Below, in pieces: positions 37,201 through 46,005 of a DNA stretch of 64,000 nucleotides. The notes beneath the pieces are model-generated. The model was given only the letters and a program-made list of their open reading frames with translations. It was not told where the DNA came from and did no database searches. Source of the stretch: Acanthaster planci (lineage: Eukaryota); contig NW_019091359.1 in NCBI RefSeq assembly GCF_001949145.1, positions 2,182,540-2,246,539 of the forward strand, read 5' to 3'. Both the position numbers and the translations under genes were made by a program. Numbering within the stretch: the first letter of the stretch is position 1; each line of letters opens with the position of its first letter.

Positions 37201-40200
37201 GGTGTGTTTTTGCAGAAATCCGGTGGTTCACTTCTAAAATTTTGTTTTGTGGCTCACTTGTGAGCAAAGACATTGCAGGCCAAAGAACTCCATAACACTC
37301 ATGAGTGAGTGCCCACAGCCAGTTAACCTTTTCCGTCAGTCGATATCCCAGCCTTCAAAGAGCCAGTTAATTAGCTTCCCTGAAGATAAAAGAAATTACA
37401 GAAGAGTTGCCGGTACTCAAAAATTAAAGAGAGTTTGTATTTTCTATAAAAACAAACTTTTTGTAGCTTCTGTCACCCACTACTTGGACAAGACCTTCTA
37501 TAACCTGACAACAGTAGCCCTCCACGACTGGAAGACGTATGCTGAGATGAGGAACCTTGCATCCCAGAAGTATGGCCTGACAATGACCGAGGCACACCTG
37601 CCTACACAGACACTGGAACAGGTTCGTTACCTGTGGAAAATGCTCCACATGACTATTTAGAACTAAATTGTCCGTCAATTATTTTAGGTGGTTGCCAAGC
37701 ATTTAGTTGTTTTGAATCTTCACTTGGATCTAAAGTAACGTAAATCAACTCCATTCACGCATTAGATGCGTAGTGATTTTGGCGGATGAAATCTTATTTG
37801 ATGTTTTCCTCAAAGTTTGATCAATGTTATTAACCAAAAGGTAGTTATTAAGATAAATATTGAATTGGAATTTGAAATTTCGAGTCTTTGTTATGTCATG
37901 TTCAAGAAAAAATACCTGCAACATTGTTTCCTGGGGGGGGAGTTGGTGTTTAAATGAAGGATGTTTATCAAATGTTCGTTTGTTCTTGCAGGGCCTTGAT
38001 GTGCTGGAGATCATGCGCAACATTCACATCTTTGTGTCCAAGTACCTATACAATGTTAACAATCAGGTAAGTACCAATATCCATCAGCTTAGATGATGTT
38101 CAGGGTTGTCTCTGTGAAAACAAAGTTGAATTTGACTACTTTCAATAGTAACTGTAGTGATTTCTTCGTCAGGTGAACACTTCTCCAGCAATCCAAGATG
38201 CAATTAGCAACCCTGTATTGTACCTCACGTGAAAAGGGTCTATTTGACAACCAGTCCCATGGAGATAACGCTGGTGTTTGAAGCCACGTGTTGTTTATTT
38301 AAAACTTCACTGCATATTGATGTACAGGGAAGTCCTGCTTGCAAATACATCATGGAAGCAAGCTGTTTTGGGTAGAAGTATTGGCTTTGAGAAGAGCTGG
38401 TGATGAGATACATGCAGGTGTTGACACTTCAAACAGAGGCTCTGTTTCCTGTTCCTCATCTGCAGGAAACTACTTAGTAGGTTCAGTTGTTCCTCAAAGA
38501 TGAACGCGGCGTACTTTCTTGAGAAACCTCTCTCAAGACCTTTTCTGCCACTGGCTCTTCTTAGAGCCAGGACTTCTTCCTGATTGAGCTCGTACCCATG
38601 TTCGATCGAGGATCAGTAGTTAACGTGTGGTTGGTTCATGATGTGCCTAGCGCATGTGCCGTTGTCAGGTGATTTAGGCCCATGGTGGAGAAGTGGTCAT
38701 AGGAAGGGCAAAATAAGAGAAAAGTTGATATCATTGTCTGCTAGTGACCTAGATATTTTCTTGTAACTGGTCCTCTCGGCACCGTGCTATGGCAACCAAC
38801 GATGCAACCAACCTCAGCAGGCTGGTCGGAAATAGTAAACTAGACTAGTCCAACCAACGTTGACTAGCGTATGTTTGGTTAGAGTTAGTCAAACTTTGGT
38901 TAAGTACAGTCATTGGTCAAACTTGCCCTTGATTGAAACTAGTTTCCAGACATCACGTCACTGTCTTTTCTGAGTTCCCAGAGGTACTACATACAATTCT
39001 ATATCTCCTTCTTACCCTTTGTTCTTTCAGATCTTCGTAGAGCGTTCCAGCAACAACAAGCACCTGAACACCATCAACATCCGACATGTGGCCAACTCCA
39101 TCCGAACCCACGGCACGGGCATCATGAACACCACAGTCAACTTCACCTACCAGTTCCTGCGCAAGAAGTTCTTCATCTTCTCCCAGTTCATGTACGATGA
39201 GCACATCAAGTCCAGACTGCTCAAGGTACGTGCGTACCCACAAAAACCCAAGTATGTTGGCACTACGTACCTACCGTGGACATTTCCTTTTTTCCTTGTA
39301 GTTACACCTAAGAGAAGAAATTTGTGCTTCTTGCACTGTGACCTCTCCTTGAAACATGATTTTTGATGATAATTCCTTGGACAGTTCTCTGTTGTGCTGG
39401 AAATAACTCTCACTCCAAATGCCTATAGAGTCATTTTCCGAAAGCAGGAAATACTGTGTTGACCTTGACAAGTTCCTATGACATTTTCACTGTCAGCACT
39501 GTGTGAACATCTTTTGGTCTCAGGTTTACATCAGGAATATCTTGCTCGTGAATTCTCTTGTTCTGGTTTTACTGAAAAACATTGGCTGTTGACAAGCTCA
39601 AAAAAATCAGAGTGAGGTGCAATAACAAGCAGTTAGTGGGCAAAGAAAGCAAGCCAGTCGTGCTGAGGACCGGTCACCTGGTAACTACATATGGATATGG
39701 TTACCAGCCAAATGTTGAACACAGGCAACAGGCTGAATAAAACTGGACAATCTTTGTCTTAAATTTTATCGCAAGTTGTTCCTGTGCAGTTTTTCCTTCT
39801 GTAATGCTAGACTGACTGGTTTTCATCTGATCTTGGTCCATTTGTGTTATGCTTTGTTCATCACGTTGGCAGATAAACATTTCTGGTGAAGGAGACCCCT
39901 GTTTATAAGTTGTATCTTGGACACTGTATTTTCTTCTGTCTAGAGTGGTCAAGTGTCATCTTTGTAATTCATGCAGCATCATTATACATTTTGTTAGGAC
40001 CTACGTTACTTCAAAGAGAACAAGGGTGATCTTCACCAGATGTACCCCTTTGAGAGGGCAGATAAGTTCAACAAAGGAATCCGCAAGCTAGGATTGACAC
40101 CAGACGGGGACAGCTACCTGGACCAGTTCCGCAATCTCATCAGTCAGATAGGTGAGGGGAAGGAACAGCTATGAAAGGAACTTTCAATTCACCTTAAAGT

Positions 40201-43200
40201 GTGACCATTTCCATTTTATCTTACGTTTGTGGTAAAGCAGATCTACCTATCTGGTTTGCTTTTGGAGACATCCCAATGCATGAATGATTTTGGACAAACC
40301 AAGATTAGAGAGAAGTTACCTTATTCATGATGTTTGATTCAGATGTATTTTATTCTCAAATTCATATTCTTAGTGACAATGTGTCAATGTCAAAGTTTCC
40401 TTATTTAATGTGTTTACTTTAGGGCCTCAAGATAAACACTAAACAAATGTCCTTGGTAATGTATTTCAGGTTCTTTCAGGAATGTTGGAGTTTAATATGG
40501 GTGGAAGACCTTTGTCATTGTTCATATCGATGTGGCATGGGATCTCATAAGACGTCAAATTTGTATTTTTGTTACCGTGCTTGGTAGGAAATGCTATGGG
40601 CTACATCAGGATGATCCGATCTGGGGGTCTACGATGCTGCAGCAATGCCATCCGGTAAAACAGCATTAGAAGGGGGGGATGACAGTATTCTATATTCTTT
40701 GATATATCAGAAAAAAGTAAATTTTTTTTTGTCTGTAAAAGACCACTGTGCTGCCAATTGTTTTACTTGTGTGTCGTAATGTGTCACTTGGTGGTGAACA
40801 TTGCATTGAGCTGCTACAGGGACTTGTGAACATCAGCAAAATAACTTGGAGGCAAACTCCTTTCCAGTTGTAGAGTTTATTTCTCCATAACAGGGTTCGG
40901 GGATGAGTGGGGACTTTTTTGGCCTCGCTCTATCTGGAAGAATTTAATGGAGACAAAGTAATCCTAGCTGACCAGCAGACAGAAATTTGTGGTGCGTGAG
41001 ATTTGTTCTGAGATGAATCAGCCCAGTGTGGTTAATGCAGTGCATTCACAAATACCCTGTTTTTCTGGATCAAGGTTCGTGCCTGATATTGACGACATTG
41101 TCCAATTTGAAGAGCTGGTGTCCGAGGAAGGCCTGTCGGAAGAAGCGAAGACGGCGGCTAAGTGAGTCTTATGACAGTTGAATGGGGGGGGGCTGAGGAA
41201 TTATCTGGCAAAGAATCATTATTATTGCATTAAAACGTACCCAGAATGTACTGTTTTCATGTGAAGAATGTAATTGTGATCGTTTTGATCATTCCAACAG
41301 AAATCTGGACGGCGTGATCGGCAATTTGACGAAGAACTTTGCCGAGGGAACTGAGTATTTCAAGGTAAATTGACTGTTAAATTTGATCAAGTTTTGAATA
41401 GAATATTCCCTTTGAATCTTTAATGGTGATAGTTTGTTAAGACTCAAAATGGTTATTTTTGTTTCATTCAATATTGTTCAGATGCTGGTGGATGTCTTTG
41501 CCCCTGAGTTCCGAAGCTCCAAGAACATGCATTTACGCCATTTCTTCATGATCCTTCCACCGCTGGTAAGTTAGAGCCACAATTTCAGTTTCTGTGATGA
41601 ACTTGGATGAATGAGTTGGTCTGTTCTGAAATGAATGAAATGTGGAAGAAAGAAAGGAAGCCTTGACAACCTCTGTCCATCTGAAGAGATTGGTGTATAT
41701 CCAGACAGATTCAAAGGCTCATCATTGACATTATCCATCAAATAACTTTGATGCTACGGGTCTCAAGCTTCCATCTTGTAAGGTTTCTAGCCAGGCTCTT
41801 CCACAGCAACATCAGACAGTCTGTGTTTAATTCATGATATAGCAGTAAACAAACACTGTTAGACACTTGAGGACATGGCTGGGCACCTTGTCCAAGACTT
41901 CAGACCTACACATGTCATCTCTTCAAGCAGGTTGTCACTCTGGCTATTGGACACCCGTCATGAGACAGTACGGAGATCTGTAGATTAACGTCAAGACAGG
42001 AACTTCACAGAGGCATTGGAGGCAATTACCTTGATGTCCGCGGTCTTTGCCTTGACGCCCCTTGAAATGATTCCATATAGACAGGTTTATTCTCTAACAC
42101 AGTCGCTCATTGTGCAAAGAGAGATGGCCTTGCCCATTTAAGAATGAAGTTCTTCACCCTGTAATCTGTTTGCTTCTGTCCTGTGTTTTCTCATGGCTAT
42201 TTTGTTACAAACCTTCCTGAATCTTCGTAAAAATTTTCCACTTTGCAGTAAACCAGGGATGCATTCTGTTCGCGCTGTTTATCAAGGGACTTGGGAGCCC
42301 ATGTAAGATGACATTGACTCTTGCAACATCTTCTCAAACTACCTGGTGGATCTGAATGACGTTTAATTTTCCCCTCTTTGACAGACGTTGAACTTTGTTG
42401 AGCATGCCATCAACTGCAAGGACAAACTCAGCAAGAAGAACAAAGTCGGAGCAGCCTTCACCGACGACGGATTTGCAATGGGTATGTTAGTTGTGGAGAC
42501 AAAACTCCTGCTGTTTCAAGGGCCAATGCCCCTCTTACACATGCTGTAATCTGTGTGTACTAGGGTTGGTGATACCACATTTTCCTTTGAGAGACCTCTC
42601 CTGATTAGCTAAAATGTTGTACCTCAGTTGGTAGAACACTGGTACGGTGTTCCAGAGGTCGCAGGTTCAATTCCCGCTCCAGTCAATTTCTTTCTTTGTC
42701 TTTATAATCATTTATAAGCACCTAGTCAGTTTCCCTGTACAGTTTTCTTTCATAATATATGTTCAAAAAGCCATATCCTCTTTGAGTGATCCCTGTTCAC
42801 CACTTCCCAGGTTGTATCGTGGTATTGGGGTGTGATCCCTGGCTATGTGGATTTTTCAGGTTTAATGTCTTCTGGCTAGCACCCCCTGAGCAGAGATATT
42901 GACAAATGGGAAGAGCCAGCAATGTAGGGCTGGATAGCTCAGTTGGCAGAGCACTGGTATTGCATTCCAGAGGTCACAGGTTCAAATCCCACTCCAATCA
43001 ATTTCTTTGTTCATCTTTATTATCATATATAAGCACCTAGTCAGTTTCCCTATATAGTTTGTTTCATAGCTAAAATGTCAGATTTGAATGGTCACTAACT
43101 ATTGCTTTTGCCCTCCTTTTGCTGTAACCGTCAAAAACAGTAAAAAATTCCTTCCACTTGATTTCCCCCAGCACACGGACACATATGGGAAATCTGACTG

Positions 43201-45513
43201 GTTTTGACTGATCGGTCAGGAATGTGTCTTTGCATAGGAGGGCTAATGTGGAATTTGCACCACTCATGAACTAGTCCCTGTTCAAATTGTACATGCAATG
43301 GGATCAGTTCACTTGGACCATTATCAAATCAGGCGTGCAACTTTTCCTCCAATCAGCTGATTTCTTCGTTGTTCGCTTCATACTCATGCCACTCACTTAA
43401 AATTGAAAAACACTGTCCAAAGTCATGTAAAGATTGGAATTTCCTTGTTTTTTGTCAATGTCCAAGTTGCATGCCTGTCAAATTTTTTCTAGACACCAGT
43501 TGACTGGTTGAAATCTAGTGCATGCGAGTGACCACAAAATGTCATATGTCCAAATGCCAAAGTCTTGAGAACATGACACTCTTGTGATCAGTTATTGTCC
43601 CTTAGGGCACATAGACGTGCACTATTGCCCCCTTTTCTGGTCAATATACATGCATGTGTAGTATATCATGTTGCTTCGGTTGGTCCCCTTGCAGGTGTTG
43701 CATACATCCTGAAGCTACTGGACCAATATAACGAGTTTGATTCACTTCACTGGTTCCACTCAGTCAGCTTCAAGTACAAGAAAGAGAAGGTAAAATCGTT
43801 TGCCATTGCTCGCACAAAGTGCCGTTCTGCCGTCAAACCAGAAGAGTGAAATTAAAATTGAAGTAATCTAGTATTAAGCATTTCAAAGGGTACAAACAGA
43901 TTTCTAACTCTGATTTCCAGTGATAACGTTAATTTTAAAAAAAAAAGTATCTCTAATTTTTGAGCTCATAATGAGCTCATTTTTGAGCTAAGACTGATTT
44001 GATTAAATTGGTGCTTAAAAATCTTATTTCCCAATCATCATATACAGTAGATACGTATAATAATGCAGCCTTCGTTTTTTGTTTGGTCAATTTCGGGTGG
44101 CATTTTTAGGAAGGAGTGAAGAAACAACAGGCTAATGATGAGAAACTCCAGCAGACGGTCAGTTTGACCATCAAGAGACTGGACACATACCAACGGGTAA
44201 GGACAAGGACATACCCAATCCATTTCACTGCCAAGAGGACCCTACCCTCAATCTTTGTATGACTAGTTGACTACACCTTAAACTCAGAAGCATATTTGTA
44301 ATTAAATGACATGTGGGCTCCATTGCCCTGTTCCCACTCTGAGATGTGTTTCTTTAAAGTGTAGATACTATTTGTGCTCATTCTGGTGGAAAGTGTTTGT
44401 GCTCAGTCCCAGCTGCACACTCAGTTCTCCCAGTGGGCATACACCGTGTGCCCTTTACTAGCTCACTGGTAGGCCTTACAGCAGGTCATCGGTAGTTCTC
44501 GTATACATAGATTCAGTGTAACTTTTCTCTGGGAATTACCCATCCTGGCCCCCGGCTTACTTTTTTAAACTGAAACTGCTGGATGTGGACAGGAAAGAAG
44601 GAAATCTGAGGAACAGCGGGGTAGAGAGTTCAATTCTTGGCCACATCTCTCTAAATGCAACCAGTGGACATGCAGATGAATCCAACAATGTTTCACTGGA
44701 AATTCCCGATGGGCGCCCTTAATGGCAGAAAGCACCGTGTGTTGGGTTTTGTACAGAACAGCTGTCATGGTACAATGGTTCTGTACAACATGTATCACAA
44801 TGCCTTCCACCATTGGCGGGGGCCACTGCAAAATCAGTGACAGTATCACCGTGGTCACCCGATGCCTCAACAGTACGCATGGCATACCGGTACATTGTTC
44901 AATATGACTAATATGATATGCTGGTTCCTTGAAGGATGAAGGACTCTTCTGTGTTTGCATGTATACTCTCAGGAGTTCGATCTACTGTACTACAGTCTGA
45001 GCAGTGCTCGCATCTTCTTCCGAGCTGACAAGACCGCCGCCGAGGAGCAAGAGGAGACAAAGGAAAAGGAAAAAGAAGGTAAAATAATAAGAGAAATTAA
45101 CGGCTCATTTTCCTGGCCAGTTGGAGCTCCTGATTAATGGGGCAAGTTTGAAAGATTTTCCTGCTCCATTTTTTTTAACGTTCTTGCTCACTCATGGATA
45201 GTTCCAGAGCTTGGATTAAGAAGGGGGGTCACCTTTATTGTCCAGTTGAAAATATGTTTCAAAGTGAGGCTGTACCTGTAAGTATAGCCATACAGTCAGG
45301 CGCCTTCCCATGTCAAAGTGCTCAATAAATAAAGTAGATTCAGGGAGCCTGATTCCAAACGGCCATCTTGTGTATAAAGCGCATTGGTCGATCATGACTG
45401 AAATTTGTCTTTCAGAAGTTGCTGCGGGAGAGGCAGAGAGCAGTAACCAACAGGCAGCCCTACCTGAGACACCCAGCAACCAAGGTCAGTCACAAAGAGA
45501 CTTTGACACCTGA
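1168..45513 (+). CDS. WASHC4: WASH complex subunit 4 (SWIP/KIAA1033), whole multi-exon gene
   Basis: 36 GT-AG exons assembled by hand with consistent phases (3528 nt, 1175 aa). The peptide follows the recalled vertebrate WASHC4 sequence end to end (DDGSxK...EVQLKxYGKFLE; YWHRx[82 protein letters not shown]). A possible alternative last exon ends at 46304. Confidence 0.97.
1417..1820. mobile_element. Old MITE / foldback element
   Basis: Imperfect inverted arms: gcgcaatcttgaaccttg...gtactcc...aaaaaatgttgcatcttgactcc versus ggagtcaggatgcaacattttt...ggagtac...caaggttgaagattgcgc. Confidence 0.7.
1906..2381. mobile_element. MITE with long imperfect TIRs and inner inverted repeats
   Basis: tgggtaattccagaaattagggg...gtgtcccggttacatctgac versus gtcagatgtgacagggacac...ccctaatgtctggaattccca; inner pair gggcagcgcggacatcc / ggatgtccgcgctgccc; possible TGTG 4-bp TSD. 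Confidence 0.75.
3196..3335 (+). CDS. WASHC4: WASHC4 exon 2
   Basis: [47 protein letters not shown]; cag/gtagg. Confidence 0.95.
4855..4908 (+). CDS. WASHC4: WASHC4 exon 3
   Basis: [18 protein letters not shown]; tag/gtcag. Confidence 0.93.
5246..5311 (+). CDS. WASHC4: WASHC4 exon 4
   Basis: [22 protein letters not shown]; tag/gtagg. Confidence 0.93.
5712..5952. repeat. Two diverged direct copies of a ~70 bp unit
   Basis: gtcctcacaacatcagtgttatgacaaatgtgtgtctccacaaccacggaacgagtaca (~5718) versus gtcctcacaaaattggtgtaatgacaagtgtttgtccccacaactatggaacaagtaca (~5888). Confidence 0.7.
6151..6196 (+). CDS. WASHC4: WASHC4 exon 5
   Basis: [15 protein letters not shown]; tag/gtaag. Confidence 0.93.
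6548..6615 (+). CDS. WASHC4: WASHC4 exon 6
   Basis: [23 protein letters not shown]; cag/gtatg. Confidence 0.9.
7098..7180 (+). CDS. WASHC4: WASHC4 exon 7
   Basis: [28 protein letters not shown]; tag/gtaag. Confidence 0.94.
7937..7979 (+). CDS. WASHC4: WASHC4 exon 8
   Basis: [14 protein letters not shown]; cag/gtaag. Confidence 0.92.
8475..8578 (+). CDS. WASHC4: WASHC4 exon 9
   Basis: [35 protein letters not shown]; cag/gtgtg. Confidence 0.94.
9091..9211 (+). CDS. WASHC4: WASHC4 exon 10
   Basis: [40 protein letters not shown]; tag/gtggg. Confidence 0.95.
9535..9652 (+). CDS. WASHC4: WASHC4 exon 11
   Basis: [39 protein letters not shown]; cag/gtaag. Confidence 0.94.
9681..9997. repeat. 12-bp minisatellite, about 26 copies, in intron 11
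   Basis: Unit g(a/t)cacaagacca repeated without indels. Confidence 0.95.
10678..10805 (+). CDS. WASHC4: WASHC4 exon 12
   Basis: [43 protein letters not shown]; cag/gtaag. Confidence 0.95.
11483..12511 (-). CDS. Nested single-exon class A (rhodopsin-like) orphan GPCR, copy A, 342 aa
   Basis: First ATG (MTNLTE) at 12511; 7 hydrophobic helices, N-terminal NxT sites, TM1 Asn, TM2 [17 protein letters not shown]4 W, TM6 FVIAWLP; lies in WASHC4 intron 12, antisense. Confidence 0.93.
   Translation of the reverse strand: MTNLTEPETALLSSNQTRDVMWSLWPIFIILVSGIIGSITTIINLWIVASVVLCRQLHSVSNVLLASLCISEFLVSIQCIWAGFMLSPLSVERPKQLLGAFGAYMYFAICSFIINSVAIATDRYLKVSQPLKYIRLASPKRCAFAIAVLWSVSAIIGLVIYTSVMIFTDDESTSVKIFFDGNSKVSYSTIFIMNIVAIPCITAIVCLMVALIRIARRQQRKINQERQLLVHLRSIRPPMENNSASPVRLQPARSHHKLTIYFIVNFLAFVIAWLPVAVVLHVTVFLQPNTIAFNSLIGFLVILALGQMFLGTILLTYAQVEHRQVLRKAWRLMKLKCTCTCW
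12771..12778 (-). promoter_or_regulatory. Candidate TATA box of GPCR copy A
   Basis: Minus-strand TATAAATGTG about 260 bp upstream of the ATG, kept at the equivalent position in copy B (~15864-15871). Confidence 0.5.
13035..13062 (-). promoter_or_regulatory. 28-bp block identical in both nested GPCR upstream regions, containing GGAAGTGAAA (ETS-IRF composite consensus)
   Basis: taattggtttcacttcctcctaaaagct at 13035-13062 and 16112-16139. Confidence 0.5.
13190..14260 (-). repeat. Two decayed copies of an unidentified intron-12 module (possible pseudogene)
   Basis: 13190-13700 and 13770-14260 align by eye with 16260-16450 and 17260-17960 (gttaat.g.ttt.gtgca.gttt; gttgatggaa.tc; aaacaaaaagcac; ttgggagatgtt). 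Confidence 0.6.
14565..15584 (-). CDS. Nested single-exon class A orphan GPCR, copy B, 339 aa
   Basis: First ATG (MNLTIL) at 15584; close paralog of copy A (IGTDRY, FLIAWLP) with homologous 5' and 3' flanks. Confidence 0.93.
   Translation of the reverse strand: MNLTILENATPSANQTQEDLWGLWPIFTFTAFGIIGSITSIINLWIVASIVLSKQLHSVSNILLASLCISEFLAGIKCIWAGFMYSIPSTEQSKHVVGAFIAYVYFVTCSFVFNLVAIGTDRYVKVSRPLKYIHLALPRRCAFVIAVLWSVSAIIGLVMYTSVMIFIDGETTSMKIFFDNDSQVSRLSIYIMNIVAFPCITAIVCLMVALIRIARRQQQKINQERQLLVHLRFIRPPMENNSASPVRLQPARSHHKITVYFIVNFLVFLIAWLPVAVVIHVAVFLQPDTIAFDSLIRVFVILVLGQMFLGTILLTYTQTEHRQVVRKAWRLMKLRYSCK
16850..17960 (-). pseudogene. Longest decayed copy of the unidentified intron-12 module
   Basis: Homologous to the 13190-14260 copies; broken minus-strand frames such as [38 protein letters not shown] match [40 protein letters not shown] in the 13.8 kb copy. 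Confidence 0.4.
17824..17856. repeat. Perfect 15-bp-stem hairpin
   Basis: actcactgtgcggat-gaa-atccgcacagtgagt. Confidence 0.9.
18579..18742 (+). CDS. WASHC4: WASHC4 exon 13
   Basis: [55 protein letters not shown]; tag/gtgag. Confidence 0.94.
19033..19150 (+). CDS. WASHC4: WASHC4 exon 14
   Basis: [39 protein letters not shown]; cag/gtaag. Confidence 0.93.
19655..19780 (+). CDS. WASHC4: WASHC4 exon 15
   Basis: [42 protein letters not shown]; tag/gtaaa. Confidence 0.94.
20658..20765 (+). CDS. WASHC4: WASHC4 exon 16
   Basis: [36 protein letters not shown]; cag/gtgag. Confidence 0.94.
21674..21715 (+). CDS. WASHC4: WASHC4 exon 17
   Basis: [14 protein letters not shown]; tag/gtgag. Confidence 0.93.
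21850..21898 (+). CDS. WASHC4: WASHC4 exon 18
   Basis: [16 protein letters not shown]; cag/gtgag. Confidence 0.93.
21912..22362. repeat. 44-bp minisatellite, about 10.3 copies, filling most of intron 18
   Basis: Unit ccattgccatgatgggagtt(g/a)actggtattcttcaactgtctag, with variant ...gatttaaccggtactcttcaactatctaa at units 4, 6 and 9. Confidence 0.96.
22429..22484 (+). CDS. WASHC4: WASHC4 exon 19
   Basis: [19 protein letters not shown]; cag/gtgag. Confidence 0.93.
22810..22889 (+). CDS. WASHC4: WASHC4 exon 20
   Basis: [27 protein letters not shown]; cag/gtaag. Confidence 0.93.
23050..24110 (-). mobile_element. Possible highly degenerate LINE reverse-transcriptase remnant
   Basis: Broken minus-strand frames CFDVV...QPIMLNIY...LFADMA fall in the order of RT motifs (AFDxV; PxLxNIY; FADD); many stops. 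Confidence 0.3.
24835..25356 (-). pseudogene. Intronless secreted C-type lectin CTL1, full length but with one in-frame TAG (W122*)
   Basis: Signal peptide [76 protein letters not shown] at 24991-24993 where paralogs have TGG; normal TGA at 24835. Confidence 0.85.
25813..25949. mobile_element. PIF/Harbinger-like MITE (137 bp) with CTA TSD
   Basis: ~44-bp TIRs gagcattttcgaaacgagtggattcagcttggacttaggtttcg / cgaaaccaaagtctaagccaaatccactcgttttaaaaatgctc; CTA at 25810-25812 and 25950-25952. Confidence 0.85.
27869..28317 (-). pseudogene. C-type lectin pseudogene CTL2 (5'-truncated)
   Basis: [20 protein letters not shown](TGG>TGA)..[26 protein letters not shown], then a +1 frameshift; WND near the end; no start or signal peptide. 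Confidence 0.85.
28940..29449 (-). CDS. Intronless secreted C-type lectin CTL3 (long-form CRD), 169 aa, intact
   Basis: Signal peptide [76 protein letters not shown]; nested antisense in WASHC4 intron 20. Confidence 0.92.
   Translation of the reverse strand: MASLSMQWAILCVVLLLLIVNHIKVGSYCVDEHTSKAGCEPPWLQYDNHCYLYVKKELSFHDAEAYCQNFSKPGRPAHLTSVTSEEENQFLLNYASSAGFQSFFIGLIDENRNRRFVWVDGNESIFRKWHGSEPSAPSQKEYCVLSVRASGWYDGFCYLKRYFMCKIGI
29586..29599. promoter_or_regulatory. RFX X-box upstream of CTL3, with orthologous boxes upstream of CTL1, 4, 5 and 6
   Basis: GTTGCCATAGCAAC, 137 bp upstream of the ATG; variants at 25654, 30204, 32620 and 34180. Confidence 0.6.
29730..30032 (-). pseudogene. C-type lectin pseudogene CTL4 (frameshift in the signal peptide, 3'-truncated)
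   Basis: MALLSMQWA then a +1 frameshift; similarity to CTL3 ends at ~29730, directly abutting the CTL3 upstream region. Confidence 0.85.
31980..32487 (-). pseudogene. C-type lectin CTL5, frameshifted near the C-terminus
   Basis: ATG 32487; 5' half almost identical to CTL3; an 8-nt deletion before the WFD strand gives an early TGA at 32029; the last Cys codon is AGT (Ser). Confidence 0.82.
33512..33999 (-). pseudogene. C-type lectin pseudogene CTL6
   Basis: ATG GCT TCC TAA; several indels; C-terminal [29 protein letters not shown] still readable. Confidence 0.85.
34565..34670 (+). CDS. WASHC4: WASHC4 exon 21
   Basis: [35 protein letters not shown]; tag/gtaag. Confidence 0.95.
35040..35190. 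mobile_element. Small MITE-like inverted-repeat element
   Basis: ggtggcagcagacatattggtcc / gggccggtatatttgctgccacc arms. Confidence 0.55.
35298..35437. mobile_element. Second copy of the 25813-25949 MITE family
   Basis: agcatttttgaaaagagtggattcggcttagactttggtt...tctgactggaactagcaaaaccgaatcttagccgaatccactc. Confidence 0.85.
35871..35987 (+). CDS. WASHC4: WASHC4 exon 22
   Basis: [39 protein letters not shown]; cag/gtaag. Confidence 0.94.
36083..36383. mobile_element. MITE-like element with internal caaccctgg/gggttgaa repeats
   Basis: Termini cttgttcacac / gtgtgacaag; many internal caaccc(t)gg and gggttgaa motifs. Confidence 0.5.
36714..36882 (+). CDS. WASHC4: WASHC4 exon 23
   Basis: [56 protein letters not shown]; cag/gttcat (weak donor). 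Confidence 0.92.
37467..37621 (+). CDS. WASHC4: WASHC4 exon 24
   Basis: [52 protein letters not shown]; tag/gttcgt. Confidence 0.95.
37992..38066 (+). CDS. WASHC4: WASHC4 exon 25
   Basis: [25 protein letters not shown]; cag/gtaag. Confidence 0.96.
39031..39225 (+). CDS. WASHC4: WASHC4 exon 26
   Basis: [65 protein letters not shown]; cag/gtacg. Confidence 0.97.
39998..40151 (+). CDS. WASHC4: WASHC4 exon 27
   Basis: [51 protein letters not shown]; tag/gtgag. Confidence 0.96.
40588..40654 (+). CDS. WASHC4: WASHC4 exon 28
   Basis: [23 protein letters not shown]; tag/gtaaa. Confidence 0.95.
41075..41161 (+). CDS. WASHC4: WASHC4 exon 29
   Basis: [29 protein letters not shown]; aag acceptor, gtgag donor. 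Confidence 0.93.
41301..41364 (+). CDS. WASHC4: WASHC4 exon 30
   Basis: [21 protein letters not shown]; cag/gtaaa. Confidence 0.94.
41482..41565 (+). CDS. WASHC4: WASHC4 exon 31
   Basis: [28 protein letters not shown]; cag/gtaag. Confidence 0.95.
42385..42481 (+). CDS. WASHC4: WASHC4 exon 32
   Basis: [32 protein letters not shown]; cag/gtatg. Confidence 0.96.
42618..42755 (+). mobile_element. tRNA-derived SINE copy 1
   Basis: A box (acctcagttggtaga), B box (ggttcaattccc), then a non-tRNA tail shared with copy 2 (tataagcacctagtcagtttccct). Confidence 0.8.
42927..43068 (+). mobile_element. tRNA-derived SINE copy 2
   Basis: gggctggatagctcagttggcagagca...ggttcaaatccc plus the same 3' tail; no intact cloverleaf. 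Confidence 0.82.
43695..43789 (+). CDS. WASHC4: WASHC4 exon 33
   Basis: [32 protein letters not shown]; cag/gtaaa. Confidence 0.95.
44110..44196 (+). CDS. WASHC4: WASHC4 exon 34
   Basis: [29 protein letters not shown]; tag/gtaag. Confidence 0.92.
44973..45078 (+). CDS. WASHC4: WASHC4 exon 35
   Basis: [35 protein letters not shown]; cag/gtaaa. Confidence 0.94.
45416..45513 (+). CDS. WASHC4: WASHC4 exon 36 (terminal, or internal exon ending at 45484)
   Basis: Phase-compatible acceptor tttcag; [32 protein letters not shown]; internal donor CAAG|gtcagt at 45484/45485. Confidence 0.7.
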
Positions 45514-45936
45514 CCTGACATATAGAGCACTCTCCGGGCAGACAGTGATTTTGTTTTCCATACTGCATATTCATTATGGGTGCATTGTGAAGTTTACAAT
45601 AGGTCATGTATCGTACATAGCAGGTTAAAGGTCACGAGGCATGACAGTTCACTGTACAACTTGTGTGGTAGATTGTTCAGTATTACTACGAAACAACTCC
45701 TTGGCAGATGAAGAGGCCTCTCTGGCGAAAGAAAGGCTGATGGCATTAAGTTTTCCAACCGGGTTCTTGCACGCATTCGGCGTGCACGCGAAGACTACAC
45801 ATTCTAGACTAAATTTGTTGCATGTACTCGGCATGCTCTGCATGAAACCCGCATCACCTTGCGCGCCTATGCAATGAGTGCATACCAAAAGACTGTCAGT
45901 TTCATTTCAAAATGCGCCCTCTTTAGTCCCTGCTCA

Positions 45937-46005
45937 GAGCGGATAGCTGAGTGGTAAAGGAGCTTGCTTTGTAAAGCTGAAGATTGGCAGTTTGATTTCT
46001 GCCCA
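45937..46005 (+). mobile_element. Degenerate tRNA-like SINE head
   Basis: gagcggatagctgagtggtaaagg...gcagtttgatttctgccc (A box and decayed B box). Confidence 0.45.

Noticed and set aside
36883..37627. Weak donors GTTCAT and GTTCGT as minor-spliceosome introns
   Set aside because: They do not match the U12 donor (G/A)TATCCTT; treated as weak U2 sites fixed by protein homology.
41640..42310. Coding-looking intronic stretches (also 30900-31300 and 38150-38720)
   Set aside because: Interrupted frames with no motif I could recognise. They may be old transposon or pseudogene relics but cannot be supported without a search.
42618..43068. tRNA genes
   Set aside because: A and B boxes are present but acceptor and anticodon stems do not pair, and both copies share a non-tRNA tail, so they are SINEs.
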